Shown piece by piece: positions 49,065 through 61,704 of a DNA stretch of 64,000 nt (position 1 is its first letter; every line of letters begins with the position of its first letter). The notes beneath the pieces were generated by a model that was given only the letters and a program-made list of their open reading frames with translations, did no database searches and was not told where the DNA came from. Where the stretch lies: assembly GCF_008364555.1 (NCBI RefSeq), contig NZ_VTUC01000008.1, positions 1 through 64,000 on the forward strand. The letters are read 5' to 3'. Origin of the DNA: Enterobacter vonholyi (GTDB lineage Bacteria; Pseudomonadota; Gammaproteobacteria; Enterobacterales; Enterobacteriaceae). A program made the position numbers and the translations under genes.

Positions 49065-50165
49065 ATGAACATGAAGGGTAAAGCGTTACTGGCAGGATGT
49101 ATCGCGTTGGCATTCAGCACCATGGCACAGGCAGACATCAAGGTGGCTGTGGTTGGCGCGATGTCCGGTCCGGTAGCACAGTACGGCGACCAGGAATTTA
49201 CCGGCGCTGAACAGGCGGTTGCAGACATTAATGCTAAGGGCGGTATCAAAGGCGAAAAACTGCAGATCGTAAAATATGATGATGCCTGTGACCCGAAACA
49301 AGCGGTCGCGGTCGCGAACAAAGTGGTGAACGACGGGATCAAATACGTTATCGGTCACCTGTGCTCTTCCTCTACTCAGCCCGCGTCTGACATCTACGAA
49401 GACGAAGGTATTCTGATGATCACCCCGGCAGCGACCGCACCGGAGCTGACTGCGCGTGGATACAAGCTGACCCTGCGCACCACCGGTCTGGACTCTGACC
49501 AGGGCCCAACCGCGGCGAAATACATCGTTGAAAAAGTGAAGCCGAAGCGCATTGCTATCGTTCATGACAAGCAGCAGTACGGTGAAGGTCTGGCGCGTTC
49601 AGTGCAGGACAACCTCAAGAAAGCCAATGCCGACGTGGTGTTCTTCGACGGTATCACCGCCGGTGAGAAAGACTTCTCCACCCTGGTGGCGCGTCTGAAG
49701 AAAGAGAATATCGACTTCGTATACTACGGCGGCTACCATCCGGAAATGGGCCAGATCCTGCGTCAGGCGCGCGCTGCTGGCCTGAAAACCCAGTTTATGG
49801 GCCCGGAAGGCGTGGCGAACGTTTCTCTGTCTAACATCGCGGGTGAATCAGCCGAAGGCCTGCTGGTGACCAAACCGAAGAACTACGACCAGGTCCCTGC
49901 GAACAAACCTATCGTAGATGCCATCAAGGCGAAGAAACAGGATCCAAGCGGCGCTTTCGTCTGGACCACCTACGCGGCGCTGCAGTCTCTGCAGGCAGGT
50001 CTGAACCAGTCCGCCGATCCGGCTGAGATTGCCACCTGGCTGAAAGCGAATACGGTCCAGACCGTCATGGGGCCACTCTCCTGGGACGCGAAGGGCGACC
50101 TGAAGGGCTTCGAGTTCGGCGTGTTTGACTGGCATGCCAATGGCACGGCGACAGACGCAAAATAA
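49065..50165 (+). CDS. livJ: Leu/Ile/Val-binding periplasmic protein
   Basis: [51 protein letters not shown]... 366 aa, collinear with E. coli LivJ. Confidence 0.93.
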   Translation: MNMKGKALLAGCIALAFSTMAQADIKVAVVGAMSGPVAQYGDQEFTGAEQAVADINAKGGIKGEKLQIVKYDDACDPKQAVAVANKVVNDGIKYVIGHLCSSSTQPASDIYEDEGILMITPAATAPELTARGYKLTLRTTGLDSDQGPTAAKYIVEKVKPKRIAIVHDKQQYGEGLARSVQDNLKKANADVVFFDGITAGEKDFSTLVARLKKENIDFVYYGGYHPEMGQILRQARAAGLKTQFMGPEGVANVSLSNIAGESAEGLLVTKPKNYDQVPANKPIVDAIKAKKQDPSGAFVWTTYAALQSLQAGLNQSADPAEIATWLKANTVQTVMGPLSWDAKGDLKGFEFGVFDWHANGTATDAK

Positions 50166-50306
50166 TTTTCCCGTCTCCTTTCGCGCCGCAGGTGCGTTGG
50201 CTGCGTTATTCAACCCCGGTCACTTACTTATGTAAGCTCCCGGGGATTTCATAACTTGCCGCCTTCCTGCAACACGAAATGCTTGGGAAAATACAGTGGA
50301 GAATGT

Positions 50307-50337
50307 AGGCCGGGTAAGGCGCAGCCGCCACCCGGCT
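50307..50337. repeat. REP-like palindrome (second family)
   Basis: TAGGCCGGGTAAGGCGCAGCCGCCACCCGGC. Confidence 0.5.
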
Positions 50338-50342
50338 TTCTT

Positions 50343-50726
50343 TTAGCGCTTCTCCCACCCGCTCTCCTGCGCCGAAAAGCCTAACGCCTGCATAAACGCT
50401 GCCATCACGCCGCGGTCTTCCACGCCCACGTCAGCCATCCACCATGAGCTCACGCTTGGGTTTTCGCGGATCACTTCTTCAATTAAATACTGTCCCACGC
50501 CGCGACGACGGGTGACGTCACGAACGCGCAGTGAGTCCAGCGCTCCTTCTGTACCGCTCAGAGTGACGCGAACCGCAGCCAGCAGGCGCTCGTTAAAACG
50601 CGCGGCATAAATGCGGTGGGTCTCATCAACGCGCAGCGACGAAGGGGAATATTCCGGCCAGATCTTGCCCAGGTCGATATGATCCTGGTCGCTAAAGGTC
50701 ACCAGACGCACGATAGTCAGTTTCAT
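50343..50726 (-). CDS. panZ: PanD maturation factor PanZ/PanM (GNAT fold)
   Basis: 127 aa MKLTIVRLVTFSDQDHIDLGKIWPEYSPSSLRVDETHRIYAARFNERLLAAVRVTLSG... matches E. coli PanZ (YhhK). Confidence 0.85.
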   Translation of the reverse strand: MKLTIVRLVTFSDQDHIDLGKIWPEYSPSSLRVDETHRIYAARFNERLLAAVRVTLSGTEGALDSLRVRDVTRRRGVGQYLIEEVIRENPSVSSWWMADVGVEDRGVMAAFMQALGFSAQESGWEKR

Positions 50727-50745
50727 TAGCTACTTGTCCAAATCA

Positions 50746-50774
50746 AATTGAGTAGAGGCAGTGTACTCAATTTA
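50746..50774. other. 10-bp perfect inverted repeat just upstream of panZ start
   Basis: AAATTGAGTA-GAGGCAGTG-TACTCAATTT. Confidence 0.5.
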
Positions 50775-51150
50775 TTCACTCAGCGGCTTCCTCTTTTTAT
50801 TCTCATTAACCAGGTGATTAGTTTTTTGGCAACGCGATGGGCAGTTTGAAAACACATGGATCGAAAAATAAGCAGAATTTTAACCTGAATGGTAGTGATT
50901 TATTCGGCGCTTTGTACCGTTATTTTATGCTGCAAACTGCACTTTTATTTGTTTATCTCTGCCTGATTTCAGAATATTATCTTTGCTTAATCGCCTGAAA
51001 AATAGAGATTTTAGTCTGGTTTTTGACAAAAAACTGCGCTAAACCATTAAAGGCACTGGTAAAAATAGCGTTGTTCATTAAAAGTACAGAATGCTTTTTA
51101 ACCATAATAAAACAAAATATAAACACGACATCACGAATGGGGATTCAGAG

Positions 51151-52260
51151 ATGAAAAGGAACGCGAAGACGTTAATCGCGGGGATGGTCGCACTGTCGAT
51201 CTCGCATGCCGCCATGGCGGAGGACATTAAAGTTGCGGTAGTGGGCGCGATGTCCGGCCCTGTTGCCCAGTGGGGTGATATGGAGTTCAACGGTGCGCGC
51301 CAGGCCATCAAAGACATCAACGCTAAGGGCGGCATCAAAGGCGACAAGCTGGTGGGCGTAGAATATGACGACGCCTGCGATCCGAAACAGGCCGTCGCGG
51401 TCGCCAACAAAATCGTTAACGACGGCATCCAGTATGTGATCGGCCACCTGTGCTCGTCGTCCACCCAGCCCGCGTCTGATATCTACGAAGACGAAGGCAT
51501 TCTGATGATCACCCCTGGCGCCACTAACCCTGAGCTGACCCAGCGCGGATACCAGCACATCATGCGTACCGCGGGGCTGGACTCCTCTCAGGGGCCAACC
51601 GCCGCCAAATACATCCTTGAAACCGTCAAGCCGCAGCGTATCGCCATTATTCATGACAAGCAGCAGTACGGCGAAGGCCTGGCGCGCTCCGTTCAGGACG
51701 GCCTGAAAAAAGGCGGCGCAAACATCGTCTTCTTCGACGGGATTACCGCCGGTGAGAAAGACTTTTCCGCGCTGATCGCCCGCCTGCAAAAAGAGAATAT
51801 CGACTTTGTTTACTACGGCGGCTACTACCCGGAGATGGGGCAGATGCTGCGTCAGGCGCGCGCCACCGGTCTGAAGACCCAGTTTATGGGGCCAGAGGGC
51901 GTGGGCAATGCCTCTCTGTCGAACATCGCCGGGGATTCTGCTGAAGGCATGCTGGTGACGATGCCAAAACGCTATGACCAGGATCCGGCCAACAAGGCTA
52001 TCGTGGATGCGCTCAAGGCGCAGAAGAAAGATCCGAGTGGTCCGTACGTCTGGATCACCTACGCCGCCGTACAGTCTCTGGCCACCGCGCTGGAACGCTC
52101 CGGCAGCAAAGAACCGCTGGATCTGGTGAAAGATTTAAAAGCACACGGGGCGAACACCGTGATTGGGCCGCTGAACTGGGATGAGAAAGGCGATCTGAAG
52201 GGATTTGAGTTTGGTGTCTTTAAGTGGCACGCCGACGGTTCATCCTCGGCCGCCAAATAA
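51151..52260 (+). CDS. livK: leucine-specific periplasmic binding protein
   Basis: [52 protein letters not shown]... 369 aa; paralog of livJ. Confidence 0.93.
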   Translation: MKRNAKTLIAGMVALSISHAAMAEDIKVAVVGAMSGPVAQWGDMEFNGARQAIKDINAKGGIKGDKLVGVEYDDACDPKQAVAVANKIVNDGIQYVIGHLCSSSTQPASDIYEDEGILMITPGATNPELTQRGYQHIMRTAGLDSSQGPTAAKYILETVKPQRIAIIHDKQQYGEGLARSVQDGLKKGGANIVFFDGITAGEKDFSALIARLQKENIDFVYYGGYYPEMGQMLRQARATGLKTQFMGPEGVGNASLSNIAGDSAEGMLVTMPKRYDQDPANKAIVDALKAQKKDPSGPYVWITYAAVQSLATALERSGSKEPLDLVKDLKAHGANTVIGPLNWDEKGDLKGFEFGVFKWHADGSSSAAK

Positions 52261-52306
52261 TTATCCCACCGCCCGGACTGACGGGCGGGTATAAAAAGGT
52301 TTGCAT

Positions 52307-53233
52307 ATGTCCGAGCAGTTTCTCTATTTCCTGCAGCAGATGTTTAACGGCGTTACGCTGGGAAGCACCTACGCGCTGATCGCCATCGGCTATACGATGG
52401 TTTACGGCATTATCGGCATGATCAACTTCGCCCACGGCGAGGTCTACATGATCGGTAGCTATGTCTCCTTTATGATCATCGCCGCGCTGATGATGATGGG
52501 CATCGACAGCAGCTGGCTGCTGGTCACCGCCGGGTTTGTTGGCGCGATTGTGATTGCCAGCGCCTACGGCTGGAGCATCGAGCGCGTGGCCTACCGGCCG
52601 GTACGCAGCTCCAAGCGTCTGATTGCGCTGATTTCCGCGATCGGGATGTCGATCTTCCTGCAAAACTACGTCAGCCTGACCGAAGGCTCGCGCGACGTGG
52701 CGCTGCCAAGCCTGTTTAACGGCCAGTGGATTGTGGGGGCCAGTGAAAACTTCTCGGCCTCTATCACCACCATGCAGCTGGTTATCTGGGTCGTGACCTT
52801 TATTGCGATGCTGGCCCTGACGCTGTTCATCCGCTACTCGCGGATGGGACGCGCCTGCCGCGCCTGCGCAGAAGACCTGAAGATGGCGAGCCTGCTCGGC
52901 ATCAACACCGACCGCGTGATTGCCCTGACCTTCGTGATTGGCGCCGCGATGGCGGCCGTCGCAGGCGTGCTGCTCGGCCAGTTCTACGGCGTGATCAACC
53001 CGTACATCGGCTTTATGGCCGGGATGAAAGCCTTTACCGCGGCGGTGCTGGGCGGTATCGGCAGTATTCCGGGGGCGATGATCGGCGGCCTGATCCTGGG
53101 CGTGGCGGAAGCGCTCTCCTCGGCGTATCTGAGCACGGAATATAAAGACGTGGTGTCGTTTGCCCTGCTGATTCTGGTTCTGCTGGTCATGCCTACCGGC
53201 ATTCTGGGCCGTCCGGAGGTAGAGAAAGTATGA
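52307..53233 (+). CDS. livH: branched-chain amino acid ABC permease
   Basis: 308 aa [45 protein letters not shown]... Confidence 0.95.
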   Translation: MSEQFLYFLQQMFNGVTLGSTYALIAIGYTMVYGIIGMINFAHGEVYMIGSYVSFMIIAALMMMGIDSSWLLVTAGFVGAIVIASAYGWSIERVAYRPVRSSKRLIALISAIGMSIFLQNYVSLTEGSRDVALPSLFNGQWIVGASENFSASITTMQLVIWVVTFIAMLALTLFIRYSRMGRACRACAEDLKMASLLGINTDRVIALTFVIGAAMAAVAGVLLGQFYGVINPYIGFMAGMKAFTAAVLGGIGSIPGAMIGGLILGVAEALSSAYLSTEYKDVVSFALLILVLLVMPTGILGRPEVEKV

Positions 53234-54507
53234 AACCGATGCATTTTGCAATGGCGCTGCTCTCTGCCGCCATGTTCTTCGTGCTGGCGGGCGTCTTTAT
53301 GGGCGTCCAGTTAGGTCTGGACGGGACGAAGCTGGTGGTGGACGCCGCCCCCGACATCCGCTGGCAGTGGGTGTTTATCGGCACTGCCGTCGTGTTCCTG
53401 TTCCAGCTGCTGCGTCCGCTGTTCCAGAAGTCGCTGAAAAACGTCTCCGGGCCGAAATTCGTTCTGCCGGCCATCGACGGGTCAACCGTTAAGCAGAAGC
53501 TGTTCCTCGTGGCGCTGCTGGTGGCCGCCGTGGCGTGGCCGTTCGTGGTGTCTCGTGGAACCGTAGATATCGCTACCCTGACCATGATCTACGTGATCCT
53601 CGGTCTCGGTCTGAACGTGGTGGTGGGGCTCTCTGGCCTGCTGGTGCTGGGCTACGGCGGCTTCTACGCCATCGGCGCCTACACCTTCGCGCTGCTGAAC
53701 CACTATTACGGCCTCGGCTTCTGGACCTGCCTGCCGCTGGCGGGGCTGGTCTCCGCCGCAGCCGGTTTCCTGCTTGGCTTCCCGGTGCTGCGCCTGCGCG
53801 GTGACTACCTGGCGATCGTGACCTTAGGCTTCGGTGAAATCGTCCGTATCCTGCTGCTGAACAACACCGAAGTGACCGGCGGCCCGAACGGCATCAGCCA
53901 GATCCCGAAACCGACCTTCTTCGGTCTGGAGTTCAGCCGTACCGCCCGCGAAGGCGGCTGGGATACCTTCAGTAACTTCTTCGGCGTGAAGTATGACCCG
54001 TCCGACCGCGTGATCTGGCTCTATCTGGTGGCGCTGTTGCTGGTGGTGATTACCCTGTTCGTGATTAACCGCCTGCTGCGCATGCCGCTGGGCCGCGCGT
54101 GGGAAGCGCTGCGCGAAGATGAGATCGCCTGCCGTTCCCTGGGCCTGAACCCGACACGCATCAAGCTGACCGCGTTCACCATCAGCGCCGCGTTTGCCGG
54201 TTTCGCCGGGACGCTGTTTGCCGCGCGTCAGGGCTTCGTCAGCCCGGAATCGTTCACCTTTGCCGAATCCGCCTTTGTGCTGGCGATTGTGGTGCTCGGC
54301 GGGATGGGCTCGCAGTTTGCCGTTATCCTCGCGGCCATCCTGCTGGTTGTTTCGCGCGAGCTGATGCGCGACTTTAACGAATACAGCATGTTAATGCTGG
54401 GTGGTTTGATGGTGCTGATGATGATCTGGCGTCCGCAGGGCTTGCTGCCGATGACCCGTCCACAGCTGAAGCTGAAGAACGGTCAAGCGAAAGGAGAGCA
54501 GGCATGA
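53230..54507 (+). CDS. livM: branched-chain amino acid ABC permease
   Basis: 425 aa; overlaps livH stop by 4 nt. Confidence 0.95.
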   Translation: MKPMHFAMALLSAAMFFVLAGVFMGVQLGLDGTKLVVDAAPDIRWQWVFIGTAVVFLFQLLRPLFQKSLKNVSGPKFVLPAIDGSTVKQKLFLVALLVAAVAWPFVVSRGTVDIATLTMIYVILGLGLNVVVGLSGLLVLGYGGFYAIGAYTFALLNHYYGLGFWTCLPLAGLVSAAAGFLLGFPVLRLRGDYLAIVTLGFGEIVRILLLNNTEVTGGPNGISQIPKPTFFGLEFSRTAREGGWDTFSNFFGVKYDPSDRVIWLYLVALLLVVITLFVINRLLRMPLGRAWEALREDEIACRSLGLNPTRIKLTAFTISAAFAGFAGTLFAARQGFVSPESFTFAESAFVLAIVVLGGMGSQFAVILAAILLVVSRELMRDFNEYSMLMLGGLMVLMMIWRPQGLLPMTRPQLKLKNGQAKGEQA

Positions 54508-55271
54508 GTCAGCCATTATTATCCGTTAACGGTCTGATGATGCGTTTTGGCGGCCTGCTGGCGGTCAACAATGTGTCACTGGATCTGCACAAGAAAGAGA
54601 TTGTCTCCCTGATTGGCCCGAACGGCGCGGGGAAAACCACGGTCTTTAACTGCCTGACCGGCTTCTACAAGCCGACGGGCGGCACCATCATGTTGCGCGA
54701 CAAGCACCTTGAAGGGCTGCCGGGCCAGCAGATTGCCCGCATGGGCGTGGTGCGTACCTTCCAGCACGTGCGTCTGTTCCGCGAGATGACGGTGATTGAG
54801 AACCTGCTGGTGGCACAGCATCAGCAGCTGAAAACCGGGCTGTTCTCCGGCCTGTTGAAAACCCCGGCCTTCCGCCGCGCCCAGGATGAAGCGCTCGATC
54901 GCGCCGCCACCTGGCTCGACCGAATTGGCCTGCTGCAGCACGCTAACCGCCAGGCGAGCAATCTGGCCTACGGCGACCAGCGTCGTCTGGAGATTGTGCG
55001 CTGCATGGTCACCCAGCCGGAAATCCTGATGCTCGACGAACCGGCGGCGGGCCTCAACCCGAAAGAGACCAAAGAGCTGGACGAGCTGATTGCCGAGCTG
55101 CGCGATCACCACGACACCACCATTCTGCTGATTGAGCACGACATGAAGCTGGTAATGGGCATTTCGGACCGTATCTACGTGGTTAACCAGGGTACGCCGC
55201 TGGCAAACGGCACGCCGGAAGAGATCCGCAACAACCCGGACGTGATCCGCGCATACCTGGGTGAGGCATAA
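54504..55271 (+). CDS. livG: branched-chain amino acid ABC ATPase
   Basis: 255 aa [46 protein letters not shown]... Confidence 0.95.
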   Translation: MSQPLLSVNGLMMRFGGLLAVNNVSLDLHKKEIVSLIGPNGAGKTTVFNCLTGFYKPTGGTIMLRDKHLEGLPGQQIARMGVVRTFQHVRLFREMTVIENLLVAQHQQLKTGLFSGLLKTPAFRRAQDEALDRAATWLDRIGLLQHANRQASNLAYGDQRRLEIVRCMVTQPEILMLDEPAAGLNPKETKELDELIAELRDHHDTTILLIEHDMKLVMGISDRIYVVNQGTPLANGTPEEIRNNPDVIRAYLGEA

Positions 55272-55272
55272 G

Positions 55273-55986
55273 ATGGAAAAAGCGATGTTAACGTTCGACA
55301 AGGTCAACGCGCACTACGGCAAGATCCAGGCGCTGCACGACGTCAGCCTGCATATCAATCAGGGTGAAATCGTGACTCTGATTGGCGCCAACGGCGCGGG
55401 CAAAACCACGCTGCTCGGCACCCTGTGCGGCGACCCGCGCGCCACCAGCGGGCGGATTGTGTTTGATGGCAAAGACATTACCGACTGGCAGACCGCCAGA
55501 ATCATGCGCGAGGCGGTGGCGATTGTTCCGGAAGGGCGCCGCGTGTTCTCGCGTATGACGGTGGAAGAGAACCTGGCGATGGGTGGGTTCTTCGCCCACC
55601 GCGATGAATACCAGACCCGCATCAAGTGGGTGTACGAACTCTTCCCGCGCCTGTGGGAGCGCCGCATTCAGCGTGCGGGCACCATGTCCGGCGGTGAACA
55701 GCAGATGCTGGCGATCGGCCGCGCGCTGATGAGCCAGCCGCGCCTGCTGCTGCTGGACGAGCCGTCGCTCGGCCTGGCGCCAATCATCATCCAGCAGATA
55801 TTCGACACCATCGAGCAGCTGCGCAAAGAGGGGATGACCATCTTCCTCGTCGAGCAGAACGCCAACCAGGCGCTGAAGCTCGCCGACCGTGGCTACGTGC
55901 TGGAGAACGGCCGCGTAGTGCTGGAAGACACCGGCGACGCGCTGCTGGCGAACGAAGCGGTGCGGAGCGCGTATCTGGGCGGCTGA
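55273..55986 (+). CDS. livF: branched-chain amino acid ABC ATPase
   Basis: 237 aa MEKAMLTFDKVNAHYGKIQALHDVSLHINQGEIVTLIGANGAGKTT... Confidence 0.95.
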   Translation: MEKAMLTFDKVNAHYGKIQALHDVSLHINQGEIVTLIGANGAGKTTLLGTLCGDPRATSGRIVFDGKDITDWQTARIMREAVAIVPEGRRVFSRMTVEENLAMGGFFAHRDEYQTRIKWVYELFPRLWERRIQRAGTMSGGEQQMLAIGRALMSQPRLLLLDEPSLGLAPIIIQQIFDTIEQLRKEGMTIFLVEQNANQALKLADRGYVLENGRVVLEDTGDALLANEAVRSAYLGG

Positions 55987-55997
55987 GTCGTCTGTAT

Positions 55998-56071
55998 CGC
56001 CCGGTGGCGCTTACGCTTATCGGGCCTACGGTATCAACCAGGCCGGGTAAGGCGAAGCCGCCACCCGGCTT
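55998..56071. repeat. BIME of two inverted REP-like units (second family)
   Basis: CGCCCGGTGGCGCTTACGCTTATCGGGCCTACG ... AGGCCGGGTAAGGCGAAGCCGCCACCCGGC + TTTTT. Confidence 0.55.
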
Positions 56072-56118
56072 TTTCACATAAACCCCCTTCACACAACCAT
56101 CATCCCCCTGACCCTTTA

Positions 56119-56158
56119 CTGTCACTTATCTGTAAACAAACAGTTATTTTTCTGTCAT
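56119..56158 (+). promoter_or_regulatory. tandem pho boxes (PhoB sites) of ugpB promoter
   Basis: CTGTCACTTATCTGTAAA CAAA CAGTTATTTTTCTGTCAT: two 18-bp boxes of 7-bp CTGTCAT-like repeats with 4-bp spacers, ~70 bp upstream of ugpB. Confidence 0.7.
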
Positions 56159-56225
56159 TCGAGCATGTCATGTTACCTCGCGAGCATAAAACGCGTGATA
56201 TCGCGCATCCGGCACAATAAGAGAG

Positions 56226-57548
56226 ATGACAATGACATCGTTACGACACACAGCTTTGGGTCTGGCACTGGGTCTGGCTTTTGCGACGAATGCAATGGCT
56301 GTGACGACCATTCCGTTCTGGCATTCCATGGAAGGGGAGTTGGGTAAAGAAGTTGACTCCCTGGCGCAGCGTTTCAACGACACCCACCCGGATTACAAAA
56401 TTGTGCCGGTTTACAAAGGCAACTACGAGCAGAGCCTGAGCGCGGGCATCGCCGCCTTCCGTACCGGCAACGCGCCTGCACTGTTACAGGTTTATGAAGT
56501 GGGCACTGCCACCATGATGGCCTCCAAAGCCATCAAGCCGGTCTATGAAGTATTCAAAGAAGCGGGTATCAACTTCGATGAATCCCAGTTTGTACCGACC
56601 GTAGCGGGTTACTACACCGATTCCAAAACCGGCCATCTGCTGTCCCAGCCGTTTAACAGCTCTACGCCGGTGCTGTACTACAACAAAGACGCATTCAAAA
56701 AAGCCGGCTTAGACCCGGAGCAGCCGCCAAAAACCTGGCAGGACCTGGCCGAATACACCGCGAAGCTGAAAGCGGCGGGAATGAAGTGCGGCTACGCTAG
56801 CGGCTGGCAGGGCTGGATCCAGATTGAAAACTTCAGCGCCTGGCACGGCCTGCCGGTTGCGACCAAAAACAACGGCTTCGACGGCACCGATGCGGTACTG
56901 GAGTTCAACAAGCCGGAGCAGGTGAAGCACATTGCGCTGCTTGCCGATCTGAACAAGAAGGGCGACTTCAGCTACTTCGGGCGTAAAGACGAATCCACCG
57001 AGAAGTTCTACAACGGCGACTGTGCCATTACCACCGCCTCGTCCGGCTCTCTGGCGGACATCCGTCACTACGCCAAATTCAACTACGGCGTGGGCATGAT
57101 GCCGTACGACGCCGACGTGAAGGGCGCGCCGCAGAACGCCATCATCGGCGGGGCGAGCCTGTGGGTGATGCAGGGTAAAGACAAGGGCACCTATAAAGGC
57201 GTAGCCGAGTTCCTCGACTTCCTGGCGAAGCCGGAAAACGCCGCCGAATGGCACCAGAAAACCGGCTACCTGCCGATCACCAAAGCCGCGTACGACCTGA
57301 CCCGCGAGCAGGGCTTCTACAGCAAGAACCCGGGCGCGGATATCGCGACGCGTCAGATGCTGAACAAGCCGCCGTTGCCGTTCACCAAAGGCCTGCGCCT
57401 GGGCAACATGCCGCAGATCCGCACCATTGTGGATGAGGAGCTGGAAAGCGTCTGGACCGGTAAGAAAACGCCACAGCAGGCGCTGGATTCCGCGGTAGAG
57501 CGCGGGAATCAGCTGCTGCGTCGCTTTGAGCAGTCGACCAAATCGTAA
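56226..57548 (+). CDS. ugpB: sn-glycerol-3-phosphate-binding periplasmic protein
   Basis: 440 aa; mature part [26 protein letters not shown]... collinear with E. coli UgpB. Confidence 0.95.
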   Translation: MTMTSLRHTALGLALGLAFATNAMAVTTIPFWHSMEGELGKEVDSLAQRFNDTHPDYKIVPVYKGNYEQSLSAGIAAFRTGNAPALLQVYEVGTATMMASKAIKPVYEVFKEAGINFDESQFVPTVAGYYTDSKTGHLLSQPFNSSTPVLYYNKDAFKKAGLDPEQPPKTWQDLAEYTAKLKAAGMKCGYASGWQGWIQIENFSAWHGLPVATKNNGFDGTDAVLEFNKPEQVKHIALLADLNKKGDFSYFGRKDESTEKFYNGDCAITTASSGSLADIRHYAKFNYGVGMMPYDADVKGAPQNAIIGGASLWVMQGKDKGTYKGVAEFLDFLAKPENAAEWHQKTGYLPITKAAYDLTREQGFYSKNPGADIATRQMLNKPPLPFTKGLRLGNMPQIRTIVDEELESVWTGKKTPQQALDSAVERGNQLLRRFEQSTKS

Positions 57549-57558
57549 TTCAAACCTG

Positions 57559-57655
57559 CCCCTCACCCCGGCCCTCTCCCCATAGGGGCGAGGGAGAAAA
57601 GACGGCTCCGTGCAGTCCCCTCTCCCCTCTGGGGAGAGGGTTAGGGTGAGGGGGG
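57559..57655. repeat. BIME: two inverted REP units
   Basis: CCCCTCACCCCGGCCCTCTCCCCATAGGGGCGAGGGAG ... CCCCTCTCCCCTCTGGGGAGAGGGTTAGGGTGAGGGG. Confidence 0.65.
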
Positions 57656-57675
57656 AATACCTACAGAGCTAACCT

Positions 57676-58563
57676 ATGTCATCATCCCGTCCGGTGTTCC
57701 GTTCCCGCTGGCTGCCGTACCTGTTGGTCGCGCCGCAGCTGGTCATCACCGTTATCTTCTTTATCTGGCCTGCGGGCGAAGCGCTGTGGTACTCGGTACA
57801 AAGCGTCGATCCGTTTGGGCTTTCCAGCCAGTTTGTTGGCCTGGACAACTTTACCGCGCTATTTCATGACAGCTACTACCTGGACTCCTTCTGGACGACG
57901 ATGAAGTTCAGCGCGCTGGTCACCGTCAGCGGCCTTGTTGCCTCGCTGTTTTTCGCCGCGCTGGTCGATTACGTGGTGCGCGGCAGCCGCCTGTATCAGA
58001 CCCTGATGCTGCTGCCTTACGCCGTGGCGCCCGCCGTCGCCGCCGTGCTGTGGATTTTCCTGTTTAACCCCGGTCGCGGGCTGATTACCCACTTCCTGGC
58101 TGAGTTCGGCTACGACTGGAACCACGCCCAGAACAGCGGCCAGGCCATGTTCCTGGTGGTGTTCGCCTCGGTGTGGAAGCAGATTAGCTATAACTTCCTG
58201 TTCTTCTTTGCCGCGCTGCAGTCCATTCCGCGTTCGCTGGTGGAAGCCGCCGCGATTGACGGCGCAGGACCGATTCGTCGCTTCTTCAGGCTGTCGCTGC
58301 CGCTGATCGCCCCGGTGAGCTTCTTCCTGCTGGTGGTTAACCTCGTTTACGCCTTCTTCGACACCTTCCCGGTAATCGATGCGGCCACCGCAGGCGGCCC
58401 GGTGCAGGCGACCACCACGCTGATTTACAAAATCTATCGCGAAGGCTTCGCCGGGCTGGATCTCTCGGCCTCTGCCGCGCAGTCCGTCGTGCTGATGTTC
58501 CTCGTCATCATCCTCACGGTGGTGCAGTTCCGCTATGTCGAAAGTAAGGTGCGCTACCAATGA
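57676..58563 (+). CDS. ugpA: glycerol-3-phosphate ABC permease
   Basis: 295 aa [40 protein letters not shown]... Confidence 0.95.
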   Translation: MSSSRPVFRSRWLPYLLVAPQLVITVIFFIWPAGEALWYSVQSVDPFGLSSQFVGLDNFTALFHDSYYLDSFWTTMKFSALVTVSGLVASLFFAALVDYVVRGSRLYQTLMLLPYAVAPAVAAVLWIFLFNPGRGLITHFLAEFGYDWNHAQNSGQAMFLVVFASVWKQISYNFLFFFAALQSIPRSLVEAAAIDGAGPIRRFFRLSLPLIAPVSFFLLVVNLVYAFFDTFPVIDAATAGGPVQATTTLIYKIYREGFAGLDLSASAAQSVVLMFLVIILTVVQFRYVESKVRYQ

Positions 58564-59405
58564 TTGAGAACCGTCGCGGGCTGACGATTTTCAGCCATAC
58601 CATGCTGATTTTAGGGATCATCGTCATCCTCTTCCCGCTGTACGTGGCCTTTGTCGCCGCCACGCTGGACACCAAAGCGGTGTTCGATACGCCGATGACG
58701 CTGATCCCCGGCGGCCACCTCTTTGAGAACATGAAGACCATCTGGACCCAGGGCGTGGGCGCCAACAGCGCACCGTTCTGGCTGATGATGCTCAACAGCT
58801 TCATCATGGCGTTTGGCATTACGGTCGGCAAAATTACGGTGTCGATGCTTTCGGCGTTCGCCATCGTCTGGTTCCGCTTTCCGCTGCGTAACCTCTTCTT
58901 CTGGATGATCTTCATCACGCTGATGCTGCCGGTTGAGGTGCGTATCTTCCCGACGGTGGAGGTGATCGCCAACCTGAAGATGCTCGACAGCTACGCGGGC
59001 TTAACCCTGCCGCTGATGGCCTCGGCGACCGCCACCTTCCTGTTCCGCCAGTTCTTTATGACTCTGCCGGACGAGCTGATTGAAGCGGCGCGCATCGACG
59101 GCGCCTCACCGATGCGCTTCTTCCGCGACATCGTGCTGCCGCTGTCGAAAACCAACCTTGCGGCGCTGTTTGTGATCACCTTTATCTACGGCTGGAACCA
59201 GTACCTGTGGCCGCTGCTGATTATTCAGGACGTCAATCTTGGCACCGCCGTGGCGGGCATCAAAGGCATGATTGCCGCCGGCGAAGGCACCACCCTCTGG
59301 AACCAGGTGATGGCGGCGATGCTGCTCACCCTTATCCCACCCGTAGTCATTGTTTTAGCCATGCAGCGCGCGTTTGTCCGCGGCCTGGTCGATAGCGAGA
59401 AATAA
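58560..59405 (+). CDS. ugpE: glycerol-3-phosphate ABC permease
   Basis: 281 aa [37 protein letters not shown]...; 4-nt overlap with ugpA. Confidence 0.95.
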   Translation: MIENRRGLTIFSHTMLILGIIVILFPLYVAFVAATLDTKAVFDTPMTLIPGGHLFENMKTIWTQGVGANSAPFWLMMLNSFIMAFGITVGKITVSMLSAFAIVWFRFPLRNLFFWMIFITLMLPVEVRIFPTVEVIANLKMLDSYAGLTLPLMASATATFLFRQFFMTLPDELIEAARIDGASPMRFFRDIVLPLSKTNLAALFVITFIYGWNQYLWPLLIIQDVNLGTAVAGIKGMIAAGEGTTLWNQVMAAMLLTLIPPVVIVLAMQRAFVRGLVDSEK

Positions 59406-59406
59406 G

Positions 59407-60477
59407 ATGGCAGGTTTAAAACTTCAGGCAGTAACCAAAAGCTGGGACGGCAAAACCCAGGTGATCCAGCCGCTGACGCTCGACGTGGCGGACGGGGAAT
59501 TTATCGTGATGGTCGGCCCGTCCGGCTGCGGCAAATCCACCCTGCTGCGCATGGTGGCGGGGCTGGAGCGCGTGACCTCCGGGGATATCTGGATTGACCG
59601 CCAGCGCGTCACCGAGATGGAGCCGAAAGACAGAGGCATCGCGATGGTCTTCCAGAACTACGCTCTCTATCCGCACATGAGCGTGGAGGAGAACATGGCC
59701 TGGGGGCTTAAAATCCGCGGCATGGGCAAAGGTCATATCGACGAGCGCGTGAAAGAGGCTGCCCGCATTCTGGAGCTGGACGGCCTGCTCAAGCGCCGCC
59801 CGCGCGAGCTCTCCGGCGGCCAGCGCCAGCGCGTAGCGATGGGGCGCGCCATCGTGCGCGATCCGGCGGTATTCCTCTTCGACGAGCCGCTCTCTAACCT
59901 CGACGCCAAGCTGCGCGTGCAGATGCGTCTTGAGCTGCAGCAATTGCACCGTCGTCTGAAAACCACCTCGCTGTACGTTACCCACGATCAGGTCGAAGCC
60001 ATGACCCTCGCCCAGCGCGTGATGGTGATGAACAAAGGCGTTGCCGAGCAGATCGGTACCCCGGTGGAAGTGTATGAGAAACCGGCTACCCGCTTTGTGG
60101 CGAGCTTTATCGGCAGCCCGGCGATGAACCTGCTGGAAGGGCGTATCAGCAGCGCGGGCTCGCACTTTGAGCTGGAAAGCGGGATGGCATTGCCAATCAA
60201 CTGGTACTATCGTGGCTACGCCGGGCGTAAGATGACGCTCGGTATCCGCCCGGAACATATCGGTTTAACCTCTCAGGCGGAAGGCGGCGTGCCGCTGGTC
60301 ATGGACACGCTGGAGATGTTGGGTGCAGATAACCTGGCGCACGGGCGCTGGGGCGAGCAAAAGATGGTGGTGCGTCTGGCACATCAGGAGCGCCCTAAAG
60401 CAGGCAGCACGCTGTGGCTGCACCTGCCGGAAAATCATCTGCACCTGTTTGACGGTGAAACAGGACAACGAGTATGA
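59407..60477 (+). CDS. ugpC: glycerol-3-phosphate ABC ATPase
   Basis: Start [45 protein letters not shown]... 356 aa. Confidence 0.95.
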   Translation: MAGLKLQAVTKSWDGKTQVIQPLTLDVADGEFIVMVGPSGCGKSTLLRMVAGLERVTSGDIWIDRQRVTEMEPKDRGIAMVFQNYALYPHMSVEENMAWGLKIRGMGKGHIDERVKEAARILELDGLLKRRPRELSGGQRQRVAMGRAIVRDPAVFLFDEPLSNLDAKLRVQMRLELQQLHRRLKTTSLYVTHDQVEAMTLAQRVMVMNKGVAEQIGTPVEVYEKPATRFVASFIGSPAMNLLEGRISSAGSHFELESGMALPINWYYRGYAGRKMTLGIRPEHIGLTSQAEGGVPLVMDTLEMLGADNLAHGRWGEQKMVVRLAHQERPKAGSTLWLHLPENHLHLFDGETGQRV

Positions 60478-61220
60478 GCAACTGGCCTTATCCCCACGTC
60501 GTCGCCCACCGCGGCGGCGGTAAGCTGGCGCCGGAAAACACGCTGGCGGCGATTGACGTCGGCGCGCGCTACGGTCACACGATGATCGAGTTCGACGCCA
60601 AGCTGTCGAAAGACGGCGAAATTTTCCTGCTGCATGACGATAACCTCGAACGCACCAGCAACGGCTGGGGCGTGGCGGGCGAGCTGCCGTGGCGCGATCT
60701 GCTGAAAGTTGACGCCGGAAGCTGGTACAGCGGCGAATTTAAAGGCGAACCGCTGCCGCTGCTGGCGGAAGTAGCCGATCGCTGTCGCCAGCACGGCATG
60801 ATGGCCAATATCGAAATCAAACCGACCACCGGCACCGGGCTGCTGACGGGCAAAGTGATTGCCCTTGCCGCGCGCGAGCTGTGGGAAGGGATGACCGCGC
60901 CGCTGCTCTCCTCGTTTGAAATTGACGCACTGGAAGCGGCACAGGCGGCCGTACCGGAGCTGCCGCGCGGGCTGCTGCTTGACGAGTGGCGCGAGGACTG
61001 GCGCGAGCTGACGACGCGCTTAGCGTGCGTCTCTATTCATCTCAACCACAAGCTGCTGGATGAGGCGCGGGTGAAGATGCTGAAGGACGCGGGTCTGCAT
61101 ATTCTGGTTTACACCGTCAATAAACCCCAGCGCGCGGCCGAACTGCTGCGCTGGGGGGTGGACAGCATCTGCACCGATGCAATCGACCTGATCGGCCCGG
61201 ACTTTAGTTCTGCGGATTAA
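60474..61220 (+). CDS. ugpQ: glycerophosphodiester phosphodiesterase (cytoplasmic)
   Basis: 248 aa [56 protein letters not shown]... Confidence 0.93.
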   Translation: MSNWPYPHVVAHRGGGKLAPENTLAAIDVGARYGHTMIEFDAKLSKDGEIFLLHDDNLERTSNGWGVAGELPWRDLLKVDAGSWYSGEFKGEPLPLLAEVADRCRQHGMMANIEIKPTTGTGLLTGKVIALAARELWEGMTAPLLSSFEIDALEAAQAAVPELPRGLLLDEWREDWRELTTRLACVSIHLNHKLLDEARVKMLKDAGLHILVYTVNKPQRAAELLRWGVDSICTDAIDLIGPDFSSAD

Positions 61221-61581
61221 GCATACTGCCATTCGACTGCGGCGGCAGCATATGCTGCTGTCCGCTACCTGACGACGTCATTCCCCCTAACATCCCGCCG
61301 TTTTTATTTGGCAACGGTTGCTCGCGCACCTGGCCCTGCTGCACGCGCTGGGTGTTGGCGTTCATCTGATTTTGCAGGCTTTGCTGCTGCACCTGGGTCT
61401 GCGTTCTCAGCTGCTGATTCAGCATCCCTTTTTGCTGCTGCTGCTGGCTCATCATCTCGGTCTGCATACGCTGCTGGCTCGGGATGACGTAACCCTGCTG
61501 ATTCGGGTTATTCATGGTGTTGAGTGGCTGTGCGAGCGCGGCAAAGGGGATCAGCGCCGTAAGAATCAATAAGCGTTTCAT
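61204..61581 (-). CDS. yhhA: Gln-rich secreted protein YhhA (DUF2756)
   Basis: [57 protein letters not shown]...; 3' end overlaps the ugpQ stop by 17 nt (convergent). Confidence 0.75.
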   Translation of the reverse strand: MKRLLILTALIPFAALAQPLNTMNNPNQQGYVIPSQQRMQTEMMSQQQQQKGMLNQQLRTQTQVQQQSLQNQMNANTQRVQQGQVREQPLPNKNGGMLGGMTSSGSGQQHMLPPQSNGSMLNPQN

Positions 61582-61704
61582 TGTCATTTCCTCCTCTTGA
61601 GGTCTCTCTTAAGTTTACCCTGATTTCACCATGACGATGATTTTTTAGGAGTTGTGAACCAGGCTTAAGCGGGGAATATGGATCCCTTCACCTGGAGAAC
61701 AATA

